From a virus, in IMG/VR virus record IMGVR_UViG_3300018080_008188, positions 32,001-96,000 of that record: DNA of 64,000 bases. One strand, given 5' to 3'. The notes below the pieces were generated by a model, which worked only from the letters and a program-made list of their open reading frames with translations, was not told the origin of the DNA and did no database searches. Positions within the stretch are counted from its first letter, which is position 1; the number at the start of each line of letters is the position of its first letter. Positions 55,564 to 64,000 of the stretch are shown here, piece after piece. The translations under genes and the position numbers were made by a program.

Positions 55564-57699
55564 ATGACGGCACCGAATCTTCCGGCACAGTTTCCCCTGC
55601 CGAGCAACGGCGGGCAGCCCATGACCTACGCAGAGTTGCTGCGGCAGCTTTCGTGCGTCTGCACCGCCGGCGTGCAGATAAAACCGACGGTTCCGCCCAG
55701 CGCTGCGATTGACCTGGGGGATGTGATAGCCGACTTTTCAAAGTACCTGACCGCATTCACGGCTCCATACAGCGTCCTGACCATCGTCATGCAGGTAATC
55801 GCATGCATCATCGACGTTCTGTGCGCCATTCCGAATCCATTTGCGATAGTTCGGGCGATGATAAGGCTGTTCGGCACATGTATTCCAGAATTCGTGCTGA
55901 TCTTTCCGCAGTTCGCAATACCTGCAAAAGTGCTGTGCGTATTGAAAGTCATAATTGCGATCCTGAGATTCGTCCTTGAAGTCATCGTTCCGCTGATCGA
56001 GGACTTGATTCAGAACATAGAGATTCTCAAAGCTGCCATAGAAGACGGTAACGAAGACGCAAAAGCGGCGGCGGTGTTCAAGATAATCCAGCACATCAAG
56101 GAAATGTACAATATAGTCGAAATAATCGCCGCACTTGAGGCGCTTATCATCATGATCAAGGCGCTGATTTCCGCCGGCATCTCAATTCCGTGCGGCGGAT
56201 CCGGCGGATCGTGCTCCGGATGCGGCGACGACCAGTGCCCGTCCGTAATCAAGCAATATGCTATCGACGGAACGGACGGCATAATGTACATACTGTACTA
56301 CTCGTCCGGAATCGAATACAGGCTCAGATTTGCATCGTCATCCAAGAGAAGCTCGTTTCTGACGCTTCGGGACTTCTTTCCGAACATAGACTATGCGTCC
56401 ATAGACGACCTTGACAAGGTCCCATATGTGCTTGAGGTGGGAGCGGGATCCCAGATGCGCAGCTTTGCCGTCACCAGCGTGGACCGCAGCGGAACGCTAA
56501 ACATTAGGCAGATAGAGAATGCGTATGCCGAAGACGGATACATGTCGAGCGTTTACAACCACATGGGCGTGGCAACTCCGGTGCCGAATCCGGACGACCA
56601 GGTGCGCTTCGGCACAAGCATCAGGACATTCCATGAAGTCGGCATAGATGACTATCTTGAGATATCCGACACGAATGCCAGCGGAAGCGAACTAAACTCC
56701 GGAACTTTCAAGGTCAACCTCGTATATGACGACTACAATGCAAGAATAGAAAGAACCGACGGAAACGGATGGTCTGCCGACGCAACGCTCGATCCGAGCG
56801 GCGGAACCGGTCCCGGAGACCTTCTGGTATGGCGGACCGCGTTAACGGCGCCGTCGTTCTCCGGTCCGCAGCAGTTTTCGCTAAAGATAGACCACGAACT
56901 TCTAATAAAGCACAATCTCATAGGATCAGGGTGCCACCCCGAAGTCAGTGCCGCGGTGGAAGGGATAAGCAGCAGGTTCCCGTTCGTAACAAGCATCAGT
57001 CTGCCGGAGCTTCCGTCAGGAATCGATGTGAACGACGACGGAACAGTCGCTCTCATGCAGTCGTGTATCAGCTGCCTGTCTACCATTGCGCCGAGCGACC
57101 TGGACGAACAGTATGTCCTCGACAATTACAATGTCATGGCTCAGGAGGCGGCTTCGTCCGCCGCATGCCTCGAAAGCGCGCTTTCGTCGGCTGCAGACGA
57201 CCTGTCCGAATATGCCGAAGGCGTTTATCCGAGGCTGTTTTCCTCGGAGCAATCCACGCTTTCTTCCAACCGCGTGGTGCAATATATCGGGGGCGATGTG
57301 GAGATAACCATAACCGCTCTTGACCACTCTGGAAACAGCATCAACGAAACCGTCCCGGAAGGAATGGTTGATGCCGAAATATTTACGACTTTCGGTAATG
57401 TTGGGGAAGTTGAGGAGGTGGTCGGCGACGACGGCCTGCCCACTGGAGAATACAAGGCTACGCTGACAAGCGCGGAAGCGGGCATGGCAGAGGTGACCGG
57501 AAGCGTGGCGGGAATTTTCGTTAGTGATTTTGACGAGACTCCGCTTGACAGAACGCCGCCGGAGCCCCCTGTGCTTGTTCCCAGGTCCTTGGAAATACGC
57601 TTTGTGGAGCCGCCCGAGCAGCGCCGCAAGCATCCTGAAGAGCTTGGCGAAGGCGCCGGCTCCGCCGAGCCGCTCGGCATAGCCAAGACAAGGAGCTAG
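55564..57699 (+). CDS. Baseplate-region protein with hydrophobic N-terminus and Ig-like C-terminus
   Basis: Ile/Val-rich helices aa ~60-205; Cys cluster; GEYKATLTS..AG.AEVT invasin-like Ig motif. Confidence 0.55.
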   Translation: MTAPNLPAQFPLPSNGGQPMTYAELLRQLSCVCTAGVQIKPTVPPSAAIDLGDVIADFSKYLTAFTAPYSVLTIVMQVIACIIDVLCAIPNPFAIVRAMIRLFGTCIPEFVLIFPQFAIPAKVLCVLKVIIAILRFVLEVIVPLIEDLIQNIEILKAAIEDGNEDAKAAAVFKIIQHIKEMYNIVEIIAALEALIIMIKALISAGISIPCGGSGGSCSGCGDDQCPSVIKQYAIDGTDGIMYILYYSSGIEYRLRFASSSKRSSFLTLRDFFPNIDYASIDDLDKVPYVLEVGAGSQMRSFAVTSVDRSGTLNIRQIENAYAEDGYMSSVYNHMGVATPVPNPDDQVRFGTSIRTFHEVGIDDYLEISDTNASGSELNSGTFKVNLVYDDYNARIERTDGNGWSADATLDPSGGTGPGDLLVWRTALTAPSFSGPQQFSLKIDHELLIKHNLIGSGCHPEVSAAVEGISSRFPFVTSISLPELPSGIDVNDDGTVALMQSCISCLSTIAPSDLDEQYVLDNYNVMAQEAASSAACLESALSSAADDLSEYAEGVYPRLFSSEQSTLSSNRVVQYIGGDVEITITALDHSGNSINETVPEGMVDAEIFTTFGNVGEVEEVVGDDGLPTGEYKATLTSAEAGMAEVTGSVAGIFVSDFDETPLDRTPPEPPVLVPRSLEIRFVEPPEQRRKHPEELGEGAGSAEPLGIAKTRS

Positions 57700-57702
57700 C
57701 AG

Positions 57703-59376
57703 ATGGCAATGGCACCGATTTTCAAGTTCGACGTCATGGCGGTTGCAAAGGGCATTCTGGATGAAGTGGAGCGCCATCGGTCCTACCTGCCGGAATATGG
57801 CGGAAAGGATGGCACGCAGAATGTAAAGAACCGACCGGTAGAATCGAGGGTCAATACGTTTTTTCGCCTTGTCGGATTTCCATCGATCGTGTCCGTACAG
57901 GCTGTTGACAAGAATTCGGATGTAATTGGGGGAAAGCCTGCTGATGCCAAAGTTCTGACGCCTGGATGGAGCAGATCTTCGAACATTAGGGCACTTAGCA
58001 ACGCAAAGGTCAGAACATCCGAATCGGACAGCATCACCGTGCCAACGGCAGACGGCTCAAGCCGCGAAAAGCTGTCGCAGGCAGTTGTCGGTCGGGAAAC
58101 CACGCTAAGCGTAATAGAGAATTCCATCGGAACATCATTCTTGAATAACGCAATGACGGCGGCTTTCAAGAATCCAATGCCGCTTGCCATGAACTATGTC
58201 AGGGGCTCCAAGGCGCAGACAAAAGGTCAGGAGTCCGCAGGTACGCAAGCAAAGTTCGACAGGGAAATCTACAAAAGGCTGTCTCCGTTTGCCACGAACT
58301 ACATGGTGGTTACGCCTTCGAGCAGAGAGATTGCCAAACCGTTTCTGAGCGATCCGAGGGACGGGTTTCTTGTCAACGATGAGCTGAAGAGGCCGTTCCT
58401 GGAAACCGTTGCGCGAATTAGGCTGGCCAAAGCTCAGCAGAGTGAAAAGTCAGAGCAGCAGGAATATTTCGCGGAGGTCAGGCAAAACCTGACCAAAAGC
58501 ACGGAATCGGCATACTCCAGCAAGGTGGAGCAGATGCTGATTGCCGACCTCGTGCCTGGGCAGGGAAGTCTTGTGGAGTCTTTCGTAGTGGAGCAGCTGC
58601 TGTCCGTAGTTCCCCAGATAGCCAAGAAATGGGTTTCGCTCATAAGGAGATTGGAGGACATCAAAAGGCAGGGAGATTTCATTCTGACGCCGGTTACAGG
58701 CTCTTCCAGGCAGAGCCCGCTCGGCAAGCGCGCAAACACCCAGGCTTCGCTCCAGGTCTCCGGAAACACGGAGCTGAACATGAGGATCAAGCAGATAGAC
58801 GCGCGCGTAGAGGCGTCCAAGGCGCTTGTTGCCCTTCTGCCCATAGAGGAGTCCGTTTCCAAGAAAGACTGGGGATCGGAAGCCTATGCCAGGAATGTAA
58901 TGTCGAACGCTCTTACAAGACCGTTCGTTTTCGTGCTTAGGCAGGATATGGACTACGAGCTGAAAAAGCTCAGCGATGAAAAGCGAAAACTCAACGAGCT
59001 TGTACAGAAGGCCGACAGGCTCAGGTTTGAAATGGAAATGATGACCGGCGAATTTGCCGGCCTATCGGTGGTTGATGTCGTATTCACGATGACGGCTCTT
59101 TTCCTGGTGGACAGGCAGTACATTGTTGATATGTTTGACTCCAACACAGTCGACGAGATGAAAAAGGATAAAACGCTTTCAACAATAGAAGCCAATCCTG
59201 GACCGGCAAAGGCATTGGCTGCGATTGGGGAGGTTGAGTCCAAGGTGAAGGACCTGTACGACCTACTGGATGCGTCGATAGCGTCTGCCATAATCAGGTC
59301 CAAGCGCACGCGCAACAAGCCACAGCATCCGCAGGCAAGGTCGAACAAAATAACCAGGACGGTGGAGGCAAAATAG
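57703..59376 (+). CDS. Hypothetical baseplate-region protein
   Basis: 557 aa, AGGAG RBS, coiled-coil C-half. Confidence 0.65.
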   Translation: MAMAPIFKFDVMAVAKGILDEVERHRSYLPEYGGKDGTQNVKNRPVESRVNTFFRLVGFPSIVSVQAVDKNSDVIGGKPADAKVLTPGWSRSSNIRALSNAKVRTSESDSITVPTADGSSREKLSQAVVGRETTLSVIENSIGTSFLNNAMTAAFKNPMPLAMNYVRGSKAQTKGQESAGTQAKFDREIYKRLSPFATNYMVVTPSSREIAKPFLSDPRDGFLVNDELKRPFLETVARIRLAKAQQSEKSEQQEYFAEVRQNLTKSTESAYSSKVEQMLIADLVPGQGSLVESFVVEQLLSVVPQIAKKWVSLIRRLEDIKRQGDFILTPVTGSSRQSPLGKRANTQASLQVSGNTELNMRIKQIDARVEASKALVALLPIEESVSKKDWGSEAYARNVMSNALTRPFVFVLRQDMDYELKKLSDEKRKLNELVQKADRLRFEMEMMTGEFAGLSVVDVVFTMTALFLVDRQYIVDMFDSNTVDEMKKDKTLSTIEANPGPAKALAAIGEVESKVKDLYDLLDASIASAIIRSKRTRNKPQHPQARSNKITRTVEAK

Positions 59377-59377
59377 C

Positions 59378-59806
59378 ATGTCGTACGACCTGAAGCTGGA
59401 AAACAACGACCTTTCAATCAATCCGGACGGAACCGTCAAGACGGTCAGGGACAATGAAAAGCTGAAGCAGGATATTGTGCGCGCCATCCTGACGCCCGTT
59501 GGCGCTAATGCGTTCCATCAGTGGTACGGAAGCACCATCAATGCCGGCATCGTTGGAAGCGGCATGAGTGCCGGGCAGATAGAGGCGGAGGCAAAGAGGT
59601 CGATCCAGGAGACGCTCAACAACCTGATCTCTCTGCAAAAGACGCAAGCCAGGATACAGTATGTGTCTCCCGGCGAACAGCTTATGGCGGTTAGGGAAAT
59701 AGAGGTTCTACAGGACGATATCGACCCGAGGCAGTTTCAAGTGACGGTCTATGCCCTTACAAGGCTTCTGACTCCGGTTGAAGAGACATTCACGATGTTA
59801 GTGTAG
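59378..59806 (+). CDS. Baseplate wedge protein (gp25-like)
   Basis: DL.L...DL, KLKQDI...LTP.G...FH.WYGS, DPRQ..V; precedes baseplate J. Confidence 0.8.
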   Translation: MSYDLKLENNDLSINPDGTVKTVRDNEKLKQDIVRAILTPVGANAFHQWYGSTINAGIVGSGMSAGQIEAEAKRSIQETLNNLISLQKTQARIQYVSPGEQLMAVREIEVLQDDIDPRQFQVTVYALTRLLTPVEETFTMLV

Positions 59807-59839
59807 GCTTAAGCCACCCCATTTGGAGGGACCGAAAAA

Positions 59840-62800
59840 ATGGTCAGATTCAAAGGATACAACGAAGTCGTCCTTACCATGCTGGAGCAGCTACAGATGA
59901 CGCAGCCACAGCTTGATACAAAGCCGGCATCCGTGGCCAGGGACCTTTTCATCGACGCCCAGGCGCAGCAGGTGTCCGACATCGGCGAGCAGCTCAGGGA
60001 GATAGAGGAACTACAGTCCATTGCCAACATGTCCGGAGAGGAACTAACAAACTTTGGATTCAACTTCGGAGTTACGAGGCAATCGGGAACCAGGTCCAAT
60101 GGGACGGTGCTGTTTACCTTCCAGAGTATCACATCGGACACGATTATCGTGTCGGGAACTGTCACCAGCACGAGAAACGGCATAATGTTTTTGACCATTT
60201 CCACAGTGTCGGTGCTGACATCGGATATCAATTCGCTCAGGGCCACGGCAACAAGATTCAGGGAAGAACTTGATGCCGCAGGCATAACGGACCAGTATGC
60301 GATCGAGGTAAGCGTACAAGCCCAAAATGCTGGGTCGATAGGGAACATTTCGTCTTACAGCATTGTCAACCACAGCGCGCCTGGCGTCAATGGAGTCACC
60401 AACATAGATTCGTTCAGCGGCGGATCTGACCTTGAGACTGATGCGGCGTTCCGCTCAAGAGTTCTGGCGCGGTTCGCAGGAGCGAACACCGGAACAGCGC
60501 TCGGATACAGAAGCCTGGTCCTTGCGCTGTCCGATACCGTAGATGCGCTTGTTGTGGAGCCCGGAGACCCACTTATGACCAGGGATGGATCCGTCGTGAC
60601 GACCAACAGTGACGGGGAGCTGGTTGTGGCGCAACCTGGGACCGGAGGAAAAGTAGACATCTTCGTCATGGGCGAAAACCTGCAGTCGGGCACGGACAGC
60701 TTTATCTACAAGGAGCAGAGCGGGACCGGCGATCCGACGAACTCGCTGAATAACTACATTCTTGGTCAGAGTTCGCTCAGTCCGGATGAATCTCTTACGA
60801 TCAGTACGCGGAGGCTGGCTGTCCTTTCGGAAGGTCAAGCCATTCCCCTACAGCCCGTGTCAAGCATCGTTTCCGTGAGCGGAAGCTCGTCAGGATCGGG
60901 ATTTGCCGAACAATACGAAGATGACGCTGGCGTACTGCATGGAAATTACAAGCTCGTGAAGGACACCGGGTCTGCGGCTGGAAGCCCGTTCGGATTCGAC
61001 AAGCTGGTATGGACGTCAGACCAGATAGACCTTGAAGACGAATCGCGCGTCAAGGGTCCGTTCAACGGAATAGACGCCCTGTCGTTCTCTGATGTACAGA
61101 AAGTGTCTGGCGTCAGCCAGGACACGCGCGTCACAAATGAAAACTCCAGAGTGTCGTCTGCTGACAGGAGTTCCGTGTATCTGACGCACGGACCGGTCAG
61201 GACTGTCAGCAGGGTATACAACTTCACCACGGGAGAAAGGTACACGGTTTCCTCCCAAAACCCGGACGGCACATCGGGGGAACTGAACGAATCCAGAAGA
61301 ATAACCATCAGTGGACGCACTTTGCCGACAGCCAGCGATGTGCTGCAGGTGGACTATGTATGGGCGCGTAGCGCCGACCCTGGCATTGATTTCGACACTA
61401 TGTATCCGGAGCAGGACCTGATCAGTTCGGTCCAGGATTCCATAGACTGGGGCTTTCCTAACTACATCAGGGCTGAAAGAACTCAGACGGACCTCGATTC
61501 GTACGGAAATCTGACGGCCACCGTCACATACGCAGCATCGCGGGTTATGTCTGTCAACTCCTTTCGCGAGGAGATGCTTGTGGTGCAGTCCGGTGCCACC
61601 GCAGGTCGCAAATCTGTTGAAACGACATATGCCGTGACGAATGTCTACAGCGCCATTGATGCCGACCAGAACCAGGCTGAAGTGTTCAATACCAATGAAG
61701 ACGACGGAACTTTTTCAAATAGGCTGATTACCCTTCCGAGCGACACCCTTGCGGAAATAGGCGACCAAGTAACTGTGACATACAGCCTCTCAAACCTGAT
61801 AGACGAGGATGGATACGGTTCCGCGCCTGTTCGCGGAAGGGTCATCACCATCCTTCCTTCCGACGCCGCCGGCGATGCGACGCAGGTTTTGGTCCATTAT
61901 GTGGCTGACTTTTTGAACCTGGTTCCGCAGAGCAGCATATCTGGTCTGCCAATTTCCGGAGACGGATACAATTCGTTTTCCGGAATCGACGGATACCAGC
62001 CTGTCCAGGACCTGTTTTCAGGTCCGGACCCGGTTGCTAACATGCGCAGATCCCCAAGCAGGCTGGAAGTGTCTGTTTCTGGAATTCCCGACCAAGGGCT
62101 GCTGGAGATAGCCGGCACCACGTTTACGAAAATCACTTCTGTGTTCACAGCTACAGCCGACGACAGCATAAACCTTGTCCCATCCATCAGGTCGAGTCTT
62201 GGCCTTGCATCTGGCACCAGCCTTCCCGTCGGAGTGTATTTGGGGCGCGTTGTGTCCATTGAAAAAGTGCAGACGGACATCTACGGAAATGTAACGTCGG
62301 TGGACCATGAATTTGACATGACTAACTATACGCTGTGGAGCAACAGGTTCGACCTGGCCAATGCGCGCCAGGACACATCTCTGGGGCGCGGAAAAGTGTC
62401 ATTGGCAGATGTTGGCAACAACACTTCCAGCCCGATCGTCACAGGAACGCAACTCAGGGCTGTATTCTACTATGCCAATCAAGGCGATTCTGAGCAGCTG
62501 TTCTTTTCCAAATCGGGAGCGGCCATTACCGACAAGGTTTTTGCAAAAATAGGATCCATCAGTAGAATTTCGGGATTTGCGAATTCTGCAGGCACAATCA
62601 GCGGAAGCCTGTCCGTAGATTCCCTGAACCAGCCGGATGTCAATGCGTCATACCTTGCCAGCTACAGCTACACGGCTCCGAAAGAAAACGAGCGCATCAC
62701 AGTTAACTACGAGTATAACAAACTCATACAAGACGCCACATATGCTGTTGAAGACGGAAGACCCATAACAGCCGACGTCCTAAACAAAGAGTCCACGCAG

Positions 62801-63097
62801 GTTGAGGTGGATGTTGAAGCCACAATCATCGTGCTGCCGGCCTATGCGGCGCAGGAAGAAACCGTCCGCCAGAATGTGGCGGACAACATAGCGTCGTCCC
62901 TTACAGCATCGGCGCTTGGCACGACCATCGACGCTTCAGATGTGAGTTCGAACGCATATTCCGTGGAAGGCCTGGACAGAATCACCATAGACAGGTTCAA
63001 CAAGTCAGAATCTTCGGGAACCGTCAAAAGCCTGGCTGCCCAGAAGAACGAGAATTTCGTTGCTGGTTCGGTTGCGGTGACAGTGGAGAGCAGATAA
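59840..63097 (+). CDS. Baseplate J/gp6-like wedge protein
   Basis: SVARDLFID, R..GT.S.G.V.F, G..GNI, VTN...FSGG.D.ETD..FR.R; 1085 aa with large insertion. Confidence 0.88.
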   Translation: MVRFKGYNEVVLTMLEQLQMTQPQLDTKPASVARDLFIDAQAQQVSDIGEQLREIEELQSIANMSGEELTNFGFNFGVTRQSGTRSNGTVLFTFQSITSDTIIVSGTVTSTRNGIMFLTISTVSVLTSDINSLRATATRFREELDAAGITDQYAIEVSVQAQNAGSIGNISSYSIVNHSAPGVNGVTNIDSFSGGSDLETDAAFRSRVLARFAGANTGTALGYRSLVLALSDTVDALVVEPGDPLMTRDGSVVTTNSDGELVVAQPGTGGKVDIFVMGENLQSGTDSFIYKEQSGTGDPTNSLNNYILGQSSLSPDESLTISTRRLAVLSEGQAIPLQPVSSIVSVSGSSSGSGFAEQYEDDAGVLHGNYKLVKDTGSAAGSPFGFDKLVWTSDQIDLEDESRVKGPFNGIDALSFSDVQKVSGVSQDTRVTNENSRVSSADRSSVYLTHGPVRTVSRVYNFTTGERYTVSSQNPDGTSGELNESRRITISGRTLPTASDVLQVDYVWARSADPGIDFDTMYPEQDLISSVQDSIDWGFPNYIRAERTQTDLDSYGNLTATVTYAASRVMSVNSFREEMLVVQSGATAGRKSVETTYAVTNVYSAIDADQNQAEVFNTNEDDGTFSNRLITLPSDTLAEIGDQVTVTYSLSNLIDEDGYGSAPVRGRVITILPSDAAGDATQVLVHYVADFLNLVPQSSISGLPISGDGYNSFSGIDGYQPVQDLFSGPDPVANMRRSPSRLEVSVSGIPDQGLLEIAGTTFTKITSVFTATADDSINLVPSIRSSLGLASGTSLPVGVYLGRVVSIEKVQTDIYGNVTSVDHEFDMTNYTLWSNRFDLANARQDTSLGRGKVSLADVGNNTSSPIVTGTQLRAVFYYANQGDSEQLFFSKSGAAITDKVFAKIGSISRISGFANSAGTISGSLSVDSLNQPDVNASYLASYSYTAPKENERITVNYEYNKLIQDATYAVEDGRPITADVLNKESTQVEVDVEATIIVLPAYAAQEETVRQNVADNIASSLTASALGTTIDASDVSSNAYSVEGLDRITIDRFNKSESSGTVKSLAAQKNENFVAGSVAVTVESR

Positions 63098-64000
63098 ATG
63101 GCAAACCTAAGGGTCCTCGGGCTTGAGGTAGTGTCAAACACTACGATACACATAACATTCACAGCCGACCTGGCGAGCGAGCTTGGAACTGCAAATGTGT
63201 CTGTCGAAGCGTCTGGCTCCAACGAATCGGACCCGGCGGTCAAGTCCGTTAGCGCATCCGGGTCCACGCTAATTGTGACAATGCGTCCGCTGTATCCGAT
63301 AAAGCAGTACAAAATAACCCTACAGTCTTCGACCGACCAGCCGTTCGCGGGCGCCTCCGGCGAACGCCTTGTGGAGGACGGTCGCACAAATGTACTGTAT
63401 TTCATAGGATATGAGGGTGACAACGAGGTCAGGGACGCCATTATGGACTCCGTCTCCGGAGGCCTCTACAAGACGGATGGCTCCCTGATAAGGGATTCCA
63501 TCAGACCGGGAGCCGATGCCCTGCTTCGCTCCAGGCATGATGCGGGTGAGGTGCGCTCGTCTCGCTTCATCACGGTAACGGCAGAAGACGAAAGCCACGA
63601 GCGCGGCTCGGGACCGACCGACAGGCTGGGCAACGAAGGGGCGTTCCAGCTGCTGCGCGTGGGAAGCAGTGCAACCGGCGCAACTTCGCGCAAAACGATC
63701 GAATTCGATCAGTTTCCGTCAGATCCTGTCAGCCTGCAGCAGAAAGAGGCTGTTGAGGAAGAGGTATCTAACACATCGAACGAATCCAATAGCTTTACTG
63801 GTTTGCTCATTACATTGGCCAACGGACCCGTAATCAAGCTCTCCAGCCTGACCTTGGTGCGCGGAGCGAACGAATACGAGTACGACATAGAAGCGTACAG
63901 ATACGGCCTGTACAACAGCGGATATGACACGGACAACGCATATTCGGCCTTAGACATTAATGAGAACCAGGTGCGCCTCAGCAGCTCCGCGGTGGGACCC
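63098..64000 (+). CDS. Putative baseplate wedge protein, runs off window end
   Basis: ATG adjacent to stop of baseplate J; open frame MANLRVLGLEVVSNTTIHITFT... to the end; not in ORF track because it lacks a stop. Confidence 0.7.
   Translation, partial: MANLRVLGLEVVSNTTIHITFTADLASELGTANVSVEASGSNESDPAVKSVSASGSTLIVTMRPLYPIKQYKITLQSSTDQPFAGASGERLVEDGRTNVLYFIGYEGDNEVRDAIMDSVSGGLYKTDGSLIRDSIRPGADALLRSRHDAGEVRSSRFITVTAEDESHERGSGPTDRLGNEGAFQLLRVGSSATGATSRKTIEFDQFPSDPVSLQQKEAVEEEVSNTSNESNSFTGLLITLANGPVIKLSSLTLVRGANEYEYDIEAYRYGLYNSGYDTDNAYSALDINENQVRLSSSAVGP

Noticed and set aside
333-63957. Numerous minus-strand and alternate-frame ORFs (e.g. 20962..21993, 25379..26689, 53749..54798, 4021..4611)
   Set aside because: Shadow frames of well-supported + strand genes, without RBS or recognisable motifs
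40351-64000. Extracellular contractile injection system or tailocin
   Set aside because: Capsid, decoration and neck genes occur in the same locus, indicating a phage
1-64000. tRNA, rRNA, CRISPR arrays, IS elements
   Set aside because: Intergenic gaps are short and none showed such structures on reading

Overview
The window is the virion morphogenesis region of a large, contractile-tailed (myovirus-type) phage, almost entirely on the + strand. Gene order: three putative head-packaged proteins (two with peptidoglycan-binding-like motifs), head decoration protein, HK97-type major capsid protein, an inserted cassette of two repeat-tethered PD-(D/E)XK nucleases plus a double DNA methyltransferase, small accessory genes, fibre/neck proteins, two very large beta-helix fibres, a holin-like gene, tail terminator, sheath, two tube paralogues, tail assembly chaperone, tape measure, and baseplate hub/spike/wedge genes. 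Several signals are not visible in the ORF track: (1) a cold-shock protein gene split by a 261-nt ORF-less group I intron (12579-12839) whose splicing restores W-F-S of the CSD fold; (2) the tripeptide DGY occurring about 37 times by hand count, concentrated in putative surface-exposed virion proteins, suggesting a protein-level modification or binding tag; (3) an in-frame TGA sitting exactly at the Gly of a DGY motif, splitting a neck gene; (4) a -1 frameshift site (A AAA AAC plus hairpin) in the tail chaperone; (5) a six-copy intergenic motif CTA(TC/CT)AATAA-N4-GCAT(T/A), a probable phage late promoter. All family calls come from motif recognition and synteny by eye; no database searches were run and the host cannot be determined.
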